A stretch of 64,000 nt of DNA from a virus (taxonomy: Duplodnaviria; Caudoviricetes): IMG/VR virus record IMGVR_UViG_3300021425_002620; one strand, 5' to 3'. Both the position numbers and the translations under genes were made by a program. The notes below the pieces were generated by a model that was given only the letters and a program-made list of their open reading frames with translations, had not been told where the DNA came from and searched no databases. Of the stretch, positions 63,293-64,000 are shown in pieces (the first letter of the stretch is position 1; each line of letters starts with the position of its first letter).

Positions 63293-63567
63293 TTGTACTT
63301 CAAATGTGGACATGCCAACATGAAATAACTTGCTTCTTTTGGTTCTTCAAAACCAATTTTTATTACGTTAGTAATGCTACCGCTTTTTAAGTCGACATCT
63401 TTACTAACATAAAATCTTCCTTTTAAGTTTTCTTTAATCCATCTTGCTAAACTGTGTTCTATGTTGTAGACTGGCTCAACTGTAGTGACTTCGAAATGAG
63501 GCGGACAAAGATCTAATTGCCTCATTTCTAAAAAGTCTAATGGGTTTGGTTCTCGTTTTTTATTCAT
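63289..63567 (-). CDS. Hypothetical protein
   Basis: 92 aa ORF overlapping the upstream stop. Confidence 0.6.
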   Translation of the reverse strand: MNKKREPNPLDFLEMRQLDLCPPHFEVTTVEPVYNIEHSLARWIKENLKGRFYVSKDVDLKSGSITNVIKIGFEEPKEASYFMLACPHLKYK

Positions 63568-64000
63568 GCGTTAAATCATAGTGTGCAGTTTGTCCAAATG
63601 GTGCCTGTACGTTTTTATCATGATGACTGTGAATAACAAAAATAGTATCGCAGTAGTCTGGGTCTCCCCAACTATCCCATGCATAGCCGTCTGTGAACAT
63701 AATGAACTTCTTGGGCTGGATATCATTTTCTTTCATGTATTCCCAATTGGCCATAAAGTCAGTGCCGCCACCGCCTTTAATTTCGTACTCCATTAAGTCT
63801 CGACCATCGTCTGAGCTAAAATCATCTTCGTTGTAAACTGCGGTATCAAAACACCAAATTTTAATTTTGTAGTCTTGATATTCTTCCATAATACCTTTAA
63901 CTTCGCCTAAGAAATCTTCAGCTTGTTTGTTGCCAATAGATCCGCTCATATCGATACCAATTGCAATATCAATAGTATCTTGAAAATTTTGTCCTGGAAG
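63560..64000 (-). CDS. VWA-domain protein (DUF2201-like), 5'-partial
   Basis: IDIAIGIDMSGSI (DxSxS MIDAS), CFDT, GGGGTDF, MFTDG; the frame runs to the window edge. Confidence 0.75.
   Translation of the reverse strand, partial: LPGQNFQDTIDIAIGIDMSGSIGNKQAEDFLGEVKGIMEEYQDYKIKIWCFDTAVYNEDDFSSDDGRDLMEYEIKGGGGTDFMANWEYMKENDIQPKKFIMFTDGYAWDSWGDPDYCDTIFVIHSHHDKNVQAPFGQTAHYDLTHE

Noticed and set aside
3875-63796. Short alternative-frame and antisense ORFs in the track (e.g. 5762-6028, 14145-14381, 16076-16360, 24599-24889, 29657-29947, 36130-36522, 61322-61567)
   Set aside because: All lie within longer, motif-bearing genes and show shadow-ORF composition with no RBS or motifs.
1-64000. Stop-codon reassignment, as in some huge phages
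   Set aside because: Code 11 gives near-complete coding density with intact long ORFs, and TAA, TAG and TGA are all used as real stops.

Overview
AT-rich, gene-dense segment of a large tailed-phage (jumbo myovirus-like) genome read in the standard genetic code. I found no tRNA, rRNA, CRISPR array, integrase or reverse transcriptase. (1) 1-25.6 kb, all + strand: virion/baseplate/tail genes, including a 5'-truncated ORF of more than 4,750 aa, three fibre-like proteins sharing an N-terminal module, and a mosaic adhesin (Calx-beta-like, BspA/DUF285 repeats, Gly-rich modules). (2) 25.7-60.8 kb: a tightly packed tailoring-enzyme island with 11 radical SAM enzymes in five sub-types, 10 cupin/2OG-Fe(II)-type oxygenases, 6 glycosyltransferase-like proteins, a GDP-mannose 3,5-epimerase-like enzyme, a flavin halogenase-like enzyme, 2 degenerate kinase-fold proteins, 2 class I methyltransferases, a CatB-like acetyltransferase, a GNAT-like protein, a QueC-like ATPase and a minimal adenylating enzyme. 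The island is laid out in alternating-strand blocks. Several blocks start with a T4-late-type (A)TAAATA box exactly 5 nt before the ATG, which predicts leaderless late mRNAs. (3) 60.8-64 kb, - strand: an Mtd_N fibre protein, small hypothetical genes and a truncated VWA protein. The best candidate for an undescribed system is this late-expressed enzyme island (inferred virion-decorating or metabolite pathway), especially its tandem pair of minimal Tes/GDGT-MAS-like rubredoxin radical SAM enzymes. All family calls come from motif recognition by eye; no database searches were run.
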